Notes: a model not told the origin generated them from the letters alone. DNA of 64,000 nucleotides from an uncultured Verrucomicrobiae bacterium (GCA_963782115.1 CAWAIK010000003.1:448001-512000); one strand, 5' to 3'; shown: positions 40,219-51,820, counted from the stretch's first letter. Made by a program: numbers and translations.

Positions 40219-40938
40219 ATGGTCACGGAATTCTCTTCGCGCTTAAGTAAAGGATCGCAGGCGTCTCCTCTCGGGAAAGGAATTTACACCCTCCCAGAGG
40301 CTGCGCGCCTCAGCAAGGTGTCGTCGCGACGAATTCGTTATTGGCTGAGGCAGATAGAATCCGAGCAAGCCAAAGAAGAGGGGCAACCTGTCCTTTGGCA
40401 AGGCCAGCATGAACCAATAGACGACAAAATGGCCTTGGGTTTCCTCGATCTTCAAGAAGTCAGGTTTGTGGAGGCTTTTTTGAAGGCTGGCGTTAGCTGG
40501 CGACTCCTCCGTCTTGCTCACAGTGTCGCTCGTGATCGATACGAGACCGAGCATCCATTCTGCACTCGGCGCTTCGCTACTGACGGGAAACATATTATAG
40601 AATTTCTCGCCGTAGAAGGTTTGCTCGTAGAGTGCGAAGAAATTGCGAAGAGCCAAAAGGTTTTTCCGGAAGTGGTGAGACCGTTTTTCAAGGACCTCGA
40701 ATTCTCTGCGGATGATCGGCTTTTGCGTTGGTGGCCGTTGGGCATGAAACGGGGTGTTGTTCTCGATCCAGATCGGCAGTTTGGTCAACCTATTGTGACG
40801 CAGTATGGCGTTGCTACCGAAGTGCTTTATTTGGCCGTGAAAAGTGGAGACTCAGAGGAAGCCGTCGCTGCATGGTTTGAGGTCGATCGCGAAGCTATTC
40901 GCGACGCCATAGAATTTGAAGAACGCCTCGCTGCGTGA
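40219..40938 (+). CDS. HTH + DUF433 antitoxin (VapB45-like)
   Basis: GIYTLPEAARL..RIRYW, LGFLDLQE, VVLDPDRQFGQPIV and AIEFEERLAA. Confidence 0.85.
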   Translation: MVTEFSSRLSKGSQASPLGKGIYTLPEAARLSKVSSRRIRYWLRQIESEQAKEEGQPVLWQGQHEPIDDKMALGFLDLQEVRFVEAFLKAGVSWRLLRLAHSVARDRYETEHPFCTRRFATDGKHIIEFLAVEGLLVECEEIAKSQKVFPEVVRPFFKDLEFSADDRLLRWWPLGMKRGVVLDPDRQFGQPIVTQYGVATEVLYLAVKSGDSEEAVAAWFEVDREAIRDAIEFEERLAA

Positions 40939-41324
40939 GGTTGTTTTTAGACAATAACCTTTCACCGAAGATTGCTCGCGCTTTAGATTGTTTAACGCAG
41001 CCGAAGCACAGCGTCCGGCATCTTAGGGATCTCTTTGCGCCAGAAACTGCGGACGTGACGTGGATGCAAGAACTAGCGAGGCAGGGAAATTGGATCATTC
41101 TTTCGGCGGATGTCGCAATTAGCCGTAATCCTCACGAGGTCCGGGCATGGAAAGAGGCTGGTCACCCAATATTTTTTCTAAAGGATGCATGGCGTCACCA
41201 ACCTCTCTGGGAGCAAGCTTCTCGAATTTGCCATCTCTTTCCGTCCATCATCGAGTACGCCGAAAGGGACAAGCCGGGCGATGCGTTCTTTGTTCCGTTC
41301 AAGGGCCAAATTCAGGGTCCGTAG
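40935..41324 (+). CDS. PIN-like toxin (VapC45/DUF5615-like)
   Basis: LFLDNNLSPKIA, DVTWMQEL..WIILSAD and RNPHE; GTGA overlap with the antitoxin. Confidence 0.85.
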   Translation: MRLFLDNNLSPKIARALDCLTQPKHSVRHLRDLFAPETADVTWMQELARQGNWIILSADVAISRNPHEVRAWKEAGHPIFFLKDAWRHQPLWEQASRICHLFPSIIEYAERDKPGDAFFVPFKGQIQGP

Positions 41325-41709
41325 AAGCGTTGTCGCCTCGAGTCTCTTCTCATCGAGCGGCAGCGTGAGCTGAAACGTTCGCATCTATGTTCCTAGTTGA
41401 GCATTTGAGGATTCTCCGGGATGAATTTATAGGGCATTCGACTGCGGACATGAACGCCATTTCACGCTTGCATCAGCTCGCGACGAATTGCGCGACCGCC
41501 GATCAATTGCCCAGATGTCTCGCAATCGCAGTAGAGATAGACCAAGAAAAAAGTTCAAAATTTCATTTGACCGAAATTCGTGTCCACTTTGTGAAATTTC
41601 GTGAAAAATGCACCACACACGTCGGTACACGTTGGATCACTGCTACGCACAGAGGATTTTTTTTTGGGCTGCGTGGGTGCGAAATCGGTTTTGCTTTATT
41701 GAACGCGCC

Positions 41710-41961
41710 ATGCGTTCACAATTGTTATCGGAAATAAGTCGGAGCGGTCGGCGTCGGTGGTTACAAGTCGACGAAATGCCGTTTAGTAGGGCGATCACCT
41801 ACAAGCTCATAGACGCTGGGTTAATCTTGAGCGTTGTCGTCATCTGGCCCGGAAGCAGGCGAGGTCGACGTCTGATCGAGGGTGATAGTCTGGACTCGTA
41901 TCTGGAAAGCCTAACGGCAGAACAGGCCTTGGCTGAAGTAAAACGCCATGAGGCCACATGA
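41710..41961 (+). CDS. Excisionase/AlpA-like small DNA-binding protein
   Basis: RWLQV..FSRAITYKLI..G.I.SV....GRRLI...SLDSYL aligns with the 37368-37601 pseudogene. Confidence 0.7.
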   Translation: MRSQLLSEISRSGRRRWLQVDEMPFSRAITYKLIDAGLILSVVVIWPGSRRGRRLIEGDSLDSYLESLTAEQALAEVKRHEAT

Positions 41962-42856
41962 AACGGAAGGCGACAGGAGGGGTTTCAAAGGCGTATGGCT
42001 CTGTGCAGCAATCTATGAGTCACAAGAACTCTCCCCAGTCGAGAAGCTGTTGCTGGCAGAGATCGACGCGTTGACGACTGACGCGACGACTGACGCTAAC
42101 GCCTGCTATGCGAGTAATGCCCACTTTTCGAATCGATTAGGCGTCACTGTAACTCGAGTCGATCAATTACTCGGGAAACTTACTCGTCTCCGTTACATCG
42201 TGCGGGTGTCCTTCGATGGTGGAGTGACCAGGTGAGTGTTGGCGCCTGAATACAGTTCAAATCCAGGTCACTCGATTGCGCTTATGAGGAATGCTCAACG
42301 ACAGATCAGGTTTGTCAAAAATAACAGAGCTGCTCTGTCCGAAAACACAGAGCAGGATTGCGATAATCGACAGGGCGGCACTGTGAAAAACAGCAGGGTT
42401 ACATATATAAAGAAAATACCAAAGGAAAATACCAATCTAGAAACGACGATGACATGTAATTCAGACTCGAATGATCAAAATGGAAGTGGTGGCGAAGCAA
42501 CAGCAGCATCGTCGTCGCGTCGCTTTCTTGATGGAGACAAGTCCTCCGGACCTCAGAGCGATCCGGCAGCCAAAAATCCAGCAGCTTTGGTCGATCAGCT
42601 GGTTCGAGAATACGGACTTAGCAAAAAGCAGCGGCAAACAGTGGAGGGGTACTCCGCATCGCTCGGGCTAGAGTATGTCCGGAGGAAACTCGAGATCGTG
42701 AAATCCCAGCCGCGTCGCAACGCTGCCGGAGCCCTACCAGTCGCGCTGCGCGATAACTGGCAGCCTTCGATCCAATTCAAAACTGGTGCGTTGGATGAGA
42801 CGACTCGTCTGGAGGCCTCGAGGGAGCTGGCTAAACGAATGGGATGGGAATGGTGA
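41948..42856 (+). pseudogene. Phage-type winged-helix replication initiator with one in-frame TGA
   Basis: RGFKGVW..LS..EKLLLAEIDAL..CYASN.HF HTH N-terminus; ORFs 41948-42235 and 42236-42856 share a frame; internal iteron-like repeats. Confidence 0.7.
42308..42443. repeat. Four 23-bp iteron-like repeats plus an AT-rich tract (putative origin)
   Basis: Units start at 42308, 42331, 42354 and 42377, each with TG at positions 6-7 and terminal CAGRGY; followed by an A-rich tract with GAAAATACCAA twice. Confidence 0.7.
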
Positions 42857-42934
42857 CCAGCGACTTTTCGGTTATTTCGAAGAGATTGCACACCACGACT
42901 GGTATGACGCTAGATAGGTTTTGGCACATGTTAG

Positions 42935-43026
42935 TTCAACGAGTTTCAACAGAAATCAACACGTTTCAACGCGATTCAACACGATTAAACAAGACCCGAT
43001 GTTGAAAGCTCTTAAAACGTGTTGAA
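42935..43026. repeat. 10-bp-phased TTCAAC/GTTGAA array upstream of relaxase 2
   Basis: TTCAAC-like hexamers at 42935, 42945, 42955, 42965, 42975 and 42985; inverted GTTGAA at 43001 and 43021, with degenerate CTTAAA at 43011. Confidence 0.9.
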
Positions 43027-43065
43027 AAGGTGTGTGATTTTCGATCGTTATCCAAAGGATAAGGC

Positions 43066-45657
43066 GACTCCCTGAAAACGAGCGACTACTATTCCAGGGA
43101 CATAGGTACGTGGTGCGGTAAAGGCGCGGAAATGTTGGGGCTCAAAGGTGAGGTAGAGAGGAAGGATTTCGTTGCGCTGATTAACAATCGGTGGCCGGGA
43201 GCTAACGGAAAACGACTCACCGCACGAATGAACAAGACCCGCCTTGAGGGCGTGAAGGACAAGAAGACAGGGCGGCCGGTAATACATCCAGAGACCGGGG
43301 ACGTGCAGAAGCGTGAAGTATCCAACCGGCGCGTCGGCTACGATTTCACATTCAGCGTACCTAAATCGGTGTCGTTGTATCTGGCTGTCAATGAGGACAA
43401 GGTCTTAGAACAAATGATCGCCGAGGCCTTGGACGAAACCATGGCGACGATCGAGGCCCGGATGGAAACCAAGGTTCGCAAGGGGTACCAGCACGACAAT
43501 CGCGTTAGCCCAAACATGGTCTATGCAAAGTTTGTTCACGGCGAGAGCAGGCCTGTCGATGGGATCCCCGACCCCCATTACCACATTCACGTCTTCGCGA
43601 TAAACGCGACTTTCGATGAGGTCGAGAAAGAATGGAAGGCCTTGGAAGTGGGGAACACGGTGGGCGATCGCACTTACTACGAGGCCCACTTCCACTATTT
43701 ACTAGCGGCAAGGCTCGACGCCTCGGGCTACGGCATCCGTAGAACCGAGCAAAACTTCGAGTTTGCCAGTGTGAGTCGAGAGCTGGTCGAGAAGTTCAGC
43801 CGGCGAACAGAGCTCATCGAGCAGCGGGCCCGGGACAAATATACGGTGCTGGAAGCTGAGGCCAGGGCGCTGATGAAGTCCACCAACATGGCTTTCGATG
43901 ACGCCTTTGCGCACGTGATTGCAGAAATCGGCGGTGATTGGGACAAATGGAAATCCAATTTGGGAGCTCGGAACCGCGAAAGTAAAAGCTCGGCGAAGTA
44001 CAAAGCCCGGCAAGAGTTAGTTGCACATTGGCAGAGTGAGATGACTCCAGAAGAACGGGAGTCATTGCAGCCCGAGCGTGTAAAGAGCGCACCTTCCCAA
44101 AATCTTCTCAGTGCCGGCGCCGCGAAGGAACTGGCGATACAACACCTCTTCGAGCAGGTGTCACTCAAGCGTGAGCTTCACATTGCCGGGATGCTACTTC
44201 GGCGCGGGATTGCGCGGGTGTCAATAGCCGAAGCGCTCACGTGGGTAAAGTCAGATCCGTTGTTCGTGCGGCCAGACCCCGACGGGAAGTTGCTTACTAC
44301 GCGCCAAGTGCGAGACGCGGAGAACAAAATGATTCAGCTTGCGGCAGAGGGCCAAGGCAAACACGAGCCGCTCAATGGAGGAAAAGAGTGGGTGATTCGC
44401 CATCCCCTCGTGGCCGCCAGCGAGGAACAGAGCAAGGCGGTTCGTCACGTTCTTGGCTCAGAGGATTTCATGATCTCTTTCAAGGGACCAGCAGGAGCGG
44501 GAAAAACGGAATTGATGACTGAAGCTGTGACAGCGATCGAAACCTTATCGAGCAAGGGAGTCATGATCTTGGCGCCATCGTCCCCATCTGTAGAAGTGCT
44601 CAGAGCGCAGGGCTTTGAGCGAGCGAATACTTTGCAACAATTCGATCTCAATCCAGAGCTGCAGCAAGCGGTGAAAGGACAAGTCTTGTGGGTGGACAAG
44701 CTGGCTTTCTGTCCGTCCGCCAGATGCTGGAGTTACAGGAGTTCGCGGTTGAGCACAACTGCCGGCTAGTCCTTACAGGCGACACCAAACAACATCATAG
44801 CGTTCAGTGGGGCGATGCTCTTCGGAGCGCCCACCCATGGCGAGTGCCGGGCTATAGCCGGCGCTGTGCGAAAGGCGATGAAAGAGAAGGGTCTATTGTT
44901 AGACTCGGAACATTCCGTTACGCGGCTTCAGCGACTGAACCTGACCGATTCCCAGCAACGTGATGCAGTCACTTACGAGGCAGGGCAGATCGTCGAGTTT
45001 CACAGGATAGCCAAGGGAGCTGTTCGCAGAGGAGTCCAAGAAAAGCGGTTTAAGAGCGGCGAACAGTGGGAAGTCCTTCGCCGGGAGGAGGGAGCTGTCA
45101 TCGTCGGAAAGGACGGCGTTGAGAAGCAGTTGCCACTCGACCAGACACGGAAGTTCAGTGTATTCGAGCGAGAGAAGATCACGCTGGCAATAGGCGACCG
45201 GATCCGATTTACGAAAAACGTCAAACACCGCGGGCACAAGTTCCTCAATAACGAGCTCCGGACCGTGGTCGGCATTGATGAGGGCAAGATCATATTCGAC
45301 AAAGGCGAGATTATTCGCAACGGCGCCAGTCTTCATCTCGACCAGGGAATAGCTGTCACCAGTCACGCCAGCCAGGCGAAGACTGTCGACCAAGTCATTG
45401 CGAGCGTGCCGGTTCGGGCATTCAGCCAGGCGAACGAGGCACAATTTTATGTCTCGATGTCGCGTGCGAGGTGGGCGATGCACGTCTTTACTGATAGCAA
45501 GGTAGCTCTGCGGGATGCCGTCACCCGACCGAGCAAGCGGCTTTCCTCTTGGGAGCTCCTCGAACTGGCCGAGAAGAACAAAGCTTTGAAGGCCGAACTG
45601 GATAGGCAGCGGGCAAAGGAACGGACTCGGCAACAGGAGAAAGCTTATGAGCGATAA
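43066..45657 (+). pseudogene. Second TrwC/MOBF relaxase-helicase with 5' loss, frameshift and internal deletion
   Basis: SDYY..W.GKGA, GYDFTFSVPKSVS, DPHYHIH and GPAGAGKT; frameshift near 44700; about 80 aa missing after GDALR relative to relaxase 1; TSHASQAKTVD and FYVSMSR. Confidence 0.92.
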
Positions 45658-45831
45658 TATAATACGGGTGCCGGCACGCTCACTGAAGGAGCAATTTTCA
45701 AGAGGCTCAGAAGCCTGGAAAGAGCAGCCCAGGGATGAATCGGGACTTTTTAAACACCTCCCAGGACTTGAGTCTCGAGGTAGAACGAATCCGGCTTGAA
45801 TATGAATTACGCGACCAGACAGACGCCCGGA

Positions 45832-46098
45832 TTAGGTTAAATTCCGCCGATTCGGCGTTGGAGTATCAGCCTCGTTTGGGCGAGTCTGCCGCACGATGGT
45901 TACTCCGCCGGGCGCGTACTCGATTTTGCCTTCCTGCTGCAAATCCTTTAGGGCCCTGCGAATTGTGGTCCGACTGACATAAAGTTCTTCGGCCAACTTA
46001 CACTCGGTGGGAATCCGGCTGCCCGCTTTGATCCCCCGATCGACGATTAGCCGTTCGATCGCGTGCCTAGCCTGTTCGTGGAGTTTGCGTCTATTCAT
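45832..46098 (-). CDS. Small GntR-type HTH protein
   Basis: GSRIPTECKLAEELYVSRTTIRRALKDLQQEG; HTH only, possibly truncated. Confidence 0.75.
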   Translation of the reverse strand: MNRRKLHEQARHAIERLIVDRGIKAGSRIPTECKLAEELYVSRTTIRRALKDLQQEGKIEYAPGGVTIVRQTRPNEADTPTPNRRNLT

Positions 46099-46727
46099 CG
46101 GAGCACTTCAAAAAAACGCAGTTTTTAGAGAGTTAGGATATCTTTGTTGGAATCTAAGCGTTTATTCCTTCGCTTGCACTCCACTAATCATTCCTCCAAA
46201 TTGAGGGACGCTTCCAGCTTTTTTCTCCTAGCACAGTGCACGTTGCATTTCTACGCCAGGTCTTGTGCTCACCGGGCAACCTGTCTCAAGGGGGACGGAA
46301 AAGACATCACGGACCTGAATCGATAATCCATTGTGATTCCAATGCGGAGACTTAAGCAAACGCTTTAAAAAGTTAGAGCTCGAGTAAGTCCGAGGACAAT
46401 CATACGAGGTAAAGTGTCATCTCGACCCAGCTCCATTCGTCGGCCTCATAGACATTTGACATTTAGACATTTGCTTTCGCCATTTTTGCCGGCAGCTCTT
46501 ATTCTAATCTCCAGATCTATACTCAGATCCATAGCGATCGGAGAAATCCGCATTTTCTAGCAAAGATCCGGGCACTGCGAGGAATTTAGTTATGTGGTGA
46601 TGGGGACCGGCCTTAGGCCGGCGGGCTGCCCATAGGCGGCCGCACCCGCCGTTTGCAGGGCTGCGTCGGCGCTCGAGGTGCGTCCCCGCAGAGCTCTATA
46701 CTCCGTTGCTACATCGATAGCTTGGGC

Positions 46728-46826
46728 TAGATCGATGGCGTCATAACCGAATTTGGCCACTCTCGAGACGCTTTTTTCAACATCTTGACCGAAGTAGATC
46801 AACGAGTCGTAGCTGTACTTGAACAT
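46728..46826 (-). pseudogene. Sugar-phosphate isomerase/epimerase N-terminal fragment
   Basis: MFKYSY...VEKSVSRVAKFGYDAIDL, then unrelated sequence. Confidence 0.5.
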
Positions 46827-47234
46827 AAAGAATACAGTCTTTGAAGCGCTTTAGTTCTGCCTCGTCGATCCAAGAGAAGACAACGTACCCCTAACGAAAA
46901 GACCGGAACAAGACCAGCTCTCGGCGAGGAAGAAACAGACTACCGTATCACAATATAACTAAGGATTGTCCCTACGCAATCGGGGAAAAACCCTACCAGC
47001 GGGTAGCACTGAGTGCTAACCGGAGACCCGGCCCGGAACGTGCCTCCGATCCAAGTACCGATCCTGGAGGGTTTAGGCCTGAGCTTCGGACGAACAATTG
47101 TGTTCCCGGAAACACGGGAACGTTTAGTTTAGCTGAGCAAATGATCGGGAATCGTGACTTGGCACGCTAGCGGGACTAACTGATTCAAAGGAGGACAATT
47201 GACAGTGCTGTAACACCACACCGCATAATGCTCT

Positions 47235-47384
47235 CACCTTGATCACCACCATTGCCTCGAAATGCTCGTAGTGCGCGGGAAGGCCTCGGTTGTAAAGAGT
47301 GTTGCCGAGCATCTGATCGCGGTCAGGGGCGTAAACCACGGGAAGCTGATGCTGACGAGCACCGGTGAGGACCTGCCGGAGTAA
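47235..47384 (+). pseudogene. nikR: NikR C-terminal fragment
   Basis: [49 protein letters not shown]; absent from the ORF track. Confidence 0.8.
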
Positions 47385-47506
47385 AGACTTTGTCGATCTG
47401 GGTAAGATCTTGCGTGCCAACATGACCGCCTCCTCAAAAGCTCGCGCTGCAAAGAAAGCTCGAGCGACATTAATCGACGAATGGACGCTGTCGCAGAAAG
47501 CGAGCG

Positions 47507-49180
47507 TCAGGTTGTTTTTTGGAACCGACTGAAGCTAAGTGGAGTCGATAGCCGGTTGGCCGGAAGGTAGTGACCCACAACCGGATCTTCGTCGCCCGCG
47601 TGCATCGCCCACACTCGTTCGACAAGCTCGGTTTCGGCTTTCGTCAGGCGTTCAAACTGCCTTAGATGCTCCGCCCAAGAGCTTACGAGCATCTCTGTTC
47701 GGAAAGTGCTGGGATGTTCGAGGTTTTCGCCGACGCGGAAAAGAAAAGCGCCGTTGCGCAAAAAAATCAATTGATACTGTTTGACCAACGCAAGGAATTC
47801 TTCCCGATCTTCCGGACGGATGATTAGGTCCCGCGTGATCGTGACGGGTCCGTCGTCCGGTTCTGGTGTCAACGAAAACTCGTGCGTGGAACCGATCATC
47901 AACGACGTGGTCTTTGACGGCGCCGGATCAAGGTTGAGCGAGCTTGCGAAGTTTATTGAGAGCGGGATCGCCAAGGTAAGACTGGCCGTCAGGAGCAGGG
48001 CGCCGCCCACCAGCGTTGGACCGAGGCCCACGGACGTCGCGGTCCCACCCCAAAGGACGGCGCCGAGCGCCACCCCGCCTTGTGAGGCCATCAGGTTAAC
48101 AGCGTTCATCCGTCCTCGGGCCCAATTAGGCATTGCCCGTTGTCCGGCGATCCAGAGTTCGGAGGCCTTCACCGTCCAACTGATGCCGGCCAAGGCGGTA
48201 ACGGGCAAAAACATCCAGAGGTTTGGAACGATGGACATCAAGACAAGAACCACGACCAGCATGACGCCGGCCAAAATCATTAGCGTGTTTGGGCTGGCTT
48301 TGGCGCGAGCGTAAGGAAGAATCAAGGTGGCGCCCAGGAGCGATCCGATTCCCATGCTTGTAAACACCAGCCCGAGCTGGCTTGCCTGGAGCCGCAAATG
48401 CTGCAAGGCCACGACCGGCACCAGGGCGGGGACCGCCGCAATGAAAAGACTGCATACAAAATTCCGTGTCAGGATGACTTGCATTCCCGGCGTGTACCGC
48501 ACGTAACGTACTAGTTGGCAAACGACTCTATAAAGTTTTCCAGATGAGGCTCAGGTCGCCGCCGGCGACGGTAACGTTGCGAAATCACCCACGCCATGGT
48601 CAGAAAAGCCAGGGCGTTTAAAGAAAAGAGCATCGCCGGGCCCAGGATTGGTAAAAGAAGGCCTCCTAAGGCCGGACCCAGGATTCCGCCCAGGTTCATC
48701 TGCACCCCGCCCAGGGTGATGGCGGACGCGAGTTCTTCTTTTTGGACAATCTCGGGAACGATAGACCCCCAGACCGGGGCGTTAAACGCGAAGCCGATTC
48801 CCAGCAAAAAGACCGTGGTTAGGATGACGTACGGCTGAACCCAATGCAGCCAAGTACAAACCGCAAGCAGCCCAGCTGCGGCGGCTAACCAGAGGTAGAC
48901 CCCAAAAAGAAGGTTCTTTCGGTCGCTCAAGTCGGCGAGGGCGCCGGCCGGCAAGGTAAAAACAAAGAACGGAAGCGAAGCGGCGGTGGCAATCAGCGAG
49001 AGCAGCAACGGTGAAGCGCCCAATGCATTCAATAGCCACGTGGCCGCCGTGTCGTGGGCAGACACGCAGACGCCAGAAACCACGCTGGGTAACCACAGTC
49101 CAACAAAGGCCGGGTTTCTGAGCGCCAACCAGATTGAGCGCCAACCAGATGGAGGTATTTTGTTTTGGTTCGCTAGCCAT
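47507..49180 (-). pseudogene. MFS transporter (MFS_3-like) with two frameshifts
   Basis: LPAGALAD, FAFNAPVW and SWAEHLRQ motifs; 16-bp tandem duplication at 49119-49150 and a frame break near 48510. Confidence 0.85.
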
Positions 49181-49587
49181 GTGCAACAGTTAAGTTGACC
49201 CGTCTTCCTCCTTCAAGAGAAGGAGGGGAAATTCGTTCGAGCGGGTGCGGCGAAAGCTCAGCTTTCCGGTCACTAGGAAGAATGGGCTCGGACCACTAAG
49301 ATTGATTCATGCATCAGGACACCGGACCCCGACTTTTTGACGCTCTCCACAGTGCGAAAACATCCCTCACCTAGCCGCAAACGTAAGTTATTTTAATGCA
49401 TTTTGGCGAAAGACTGCATTGAAATTGCTTCTTTGTCTGCCCAGCGACTATTTTGGATTTTTATTTTTTGGCGGTTCGCGGTCGATTTCCCGTTCCTCGA
49501 TCCTGTGTTCTAGCCGCAACATTGAAAGCCTGAGCCGGCTTTCGTAAAGGACATATGACTGACCAAAATATTACGACCAAAAATGGC

Positions 49588-49707
49588 TGGCGCTGGGCCG
49601 AATGGAACGGGCCGTACCGCGACGATATTCGGCGCTTTGTGAAAGGCGATCCCGGCATTGTGGGCGCGGTAGCATCGCGCATCGCCGGGAGCGCCGACAT
49701 CTATCAA
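49588..49707 (+). pseudogene. Glycogen debranching enzyme (GlgX) internal fragment
   Basis: [30 protein letters not shown]. Confidence 0.8.
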
Positions 49708-50862
49708 CGCAGCGGCGGTTTAGCCTCAGGCAGCGCCTGGCCGAAACGCGGTAACCCCTCCATTGCGCTGCGAATATTATTCAATTCATCGCATACCGTG
49801 CGTATGGCGGCGAAATGTCCGGCAAAAGCAATTGCGGTTTGGAGCGGTGCAGATGCTGAAACACCGTGGTCCCGAATCTCATTCACCTTCTCCTGAAGAG
49901 CAGCAAATGCTTCATTCAGGTGACTGGAGCGCAATTTTTCGCCTGGAGAACGGGCAGTGGTCAAAATGTTGAACTCGTCGGAGATTGCGGCCAACAGCGA
50001 TTCCGTTTCCTGCCGCATGTGATCGAGGAACCATGGCTCTACTCGATGCCGGCTTAGATAGAGTCCCGCGTGAAACAGGTTGATCAGGGAAACCAGGAAC
50101 GCGTTGTAGTTTGAGAGGCGGGCGCTAAAGAAGGTGCTTTCTCGCGCTCCGGCTTGCAGCAGATTTCTTAGAACGGATAATTGCTGGTCGAAAGTATAGT
50201 GAATCTTTTCTGTCTCGCTGGGAGCATTCGCCGGGTCGATGGAGGCTTGCACGTGCGCCGACACGAGTTGGTTAACCGTTTTCAGTGCAGCACGCCCTGC
50301 TTCGAGAAACTCTTCCCGCGCGTAACGGGGCCAAAGCACGCTTGTTACCAGAAGCGAGCTCATAATTCCGAGCAAAATCTCCTCCGATCGATCGAGGCCG
50401 ATCTGCCATGCTTGTGCTGGATCCGTGACCCCATCGGTAGCGACCGTAAGTGTGGTGAGGCCGAGCAAAAAATAGGCATAGGGAACCTGGCGTGCACCGA
50501 CTTGGCCAAACTGGTAGCTGGCAAGAGCGATGACCCAGGAAAAGGACGGGCAGAAAGATCGCTGGCGTAGAAGTATAGTCGCCGACCAACCAGATGCCAA
50601 CGAGGGCTCCTGCGATCGTTCCGATCACTCGCATGATCGCTTTTACGGTGATGGAACCCACGAACTGTGCGCTCATCAACACGAGAACACTAAGTATCGC
50701 CCAGTTGTCATGCGGCAATCGCAAGACCTGAGTGCAAAACAAAGCCAGCAAACCCGCTAGACCCATTTTGATCCCATAGCGTATCCTTAAGTCGCCAAAG
50801 GGATCCTGGGGCGTCCAATGCCACTTGGTCACAACGGGAACGGCTTCTGTTCGAGCAACCAT
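49704..50862 (-). pseudogene. FUSC-family membrane protein, frameshifted and 3'-truncated
   Basis: YGIKMGLAG, WAILSVLVLM and RVIGTIAGA; frameshift near 50535; PYAYFLLG and VLWPR. Confidence 0.8.
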
Positions 50863-51064
50863 ACGCGGCTTGAGCGGTGTACCGGGCCCGCTTTCCAATT
50901 CACATTAACGTAAAAGCTTCAAAAGGTAACGGAGCCCACAGGACAGCTCCAGCTCGCGCAAAACACTCCTCATCCATCACTGGAGAGCTATCCAACCTTA
51001 AAATCCACTACGACTTTGAGGTCACCTAAATCTTGAAATTAAAATCCTTGGTCGTTACAGTTTG

Positions 51065-51616
51065 TCACAGAAGCGGCATTTGGTTGTTGGCACCCAGGTC
51101 GCCCAGGCCGAGGATGCGGCCGGCGTTGGTCACGCAGATGAACCGCACGTCTTTGACCGGCCAGTTGCGCAGTACCTCCCTGACGTGCCCCTTTCGGGTG
51201 ATCGACAGATACATCCCGTGCGGACGGCGGAAGATGTGGTCGAACTTCAGGCAAGCCTCGCCGATCGTCGGGTCGTACACGATCTCGAGGAAGCGCGCTG
51301 GGTCCGACATCAGGGTGCGATAGAACAGCGTCTCATTTGTATCGAGCAGATTCATCAGGTAGATGAACCGGTCGAGATCGGTGGCCTTGTGCTTGAGCTG
51401 CAGCAAGACACGACTCAACTGAGTCTCAATCGACTCCGTCACTTCGGGAACCAGCCCGACCAAGCCGAGCGCTTGCCGCTCAGCCTCCGTAAGCCCGGTG
51501 GACTTGTTGATGCTGGGATCGCGCAGAACGTCGATTCCGCGTTTGCTGTTGCCAGTACTGGGATTGGACATTGGTTTCTCCTTTGCTGTTTTAATGTTGG
51601 ACATTGGTTTCTCCAC
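51065..51616 (-). pseudogene. Malic enzyme, N-terminal third only
   Basis: INKSTG..ER..LGL.GL.P, NETLFY, IVYDPTIGEAC and GRILGLGDLGAN, then truncated. Confidence 0.88.
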
Positions 51617-51820
51617 TCTGGCGTCGGTGTTTGAGTCCAGAGCTTGACCATCTACGCGGGATCGACGAAGAATTCGGACTCGCGCAGTTTATCGGTAAGC
51701 TTGATGTTCTCCGAGCGGTCAACTGGACATGCGATGATTGAGACCGTGTTGCCGCCAGCGCTCTTCGAAAGGTCCGGAACAGAACGACTGAAATGTGCAG
51801 TTGAGTATGCCTCGCAGCTC

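Larger units (their letters stand above)
39813..45657. mobile_element. Element 2: related, decayed integrative element in tandem; right end not located
   Basis: Begins at the att copy; carries TA, Xis-like, rep, the TTCAAC array and a MOBF relaxase; I found no further att copy or integrase in the window. Confidence 0.7.

Noticed and set aside
24367..42856. Single in-frame stops (24667 TAA, 36702 TAG, ~37465 TGA, 42233 TGA) as stop-codon recoding
   Set aside because: All three stop types occur, each is one C-to-T change from a Gln or Arg codon, and frameshifts are also present; ordinary decay explains them
47004..47019. TAGCACT-GAGTGCTAA resembling a CIRCE operator
   Set aside because: Lacks the 9-bp spacer and has no chaperone gene downstream
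49556..49565. TGACTGACCA as an inverted match to 39859-39868, marking the right end of element 2
   Set aside because: Only 10 bp, plausible by chance in 64 kb, with no att core or integrase nearby
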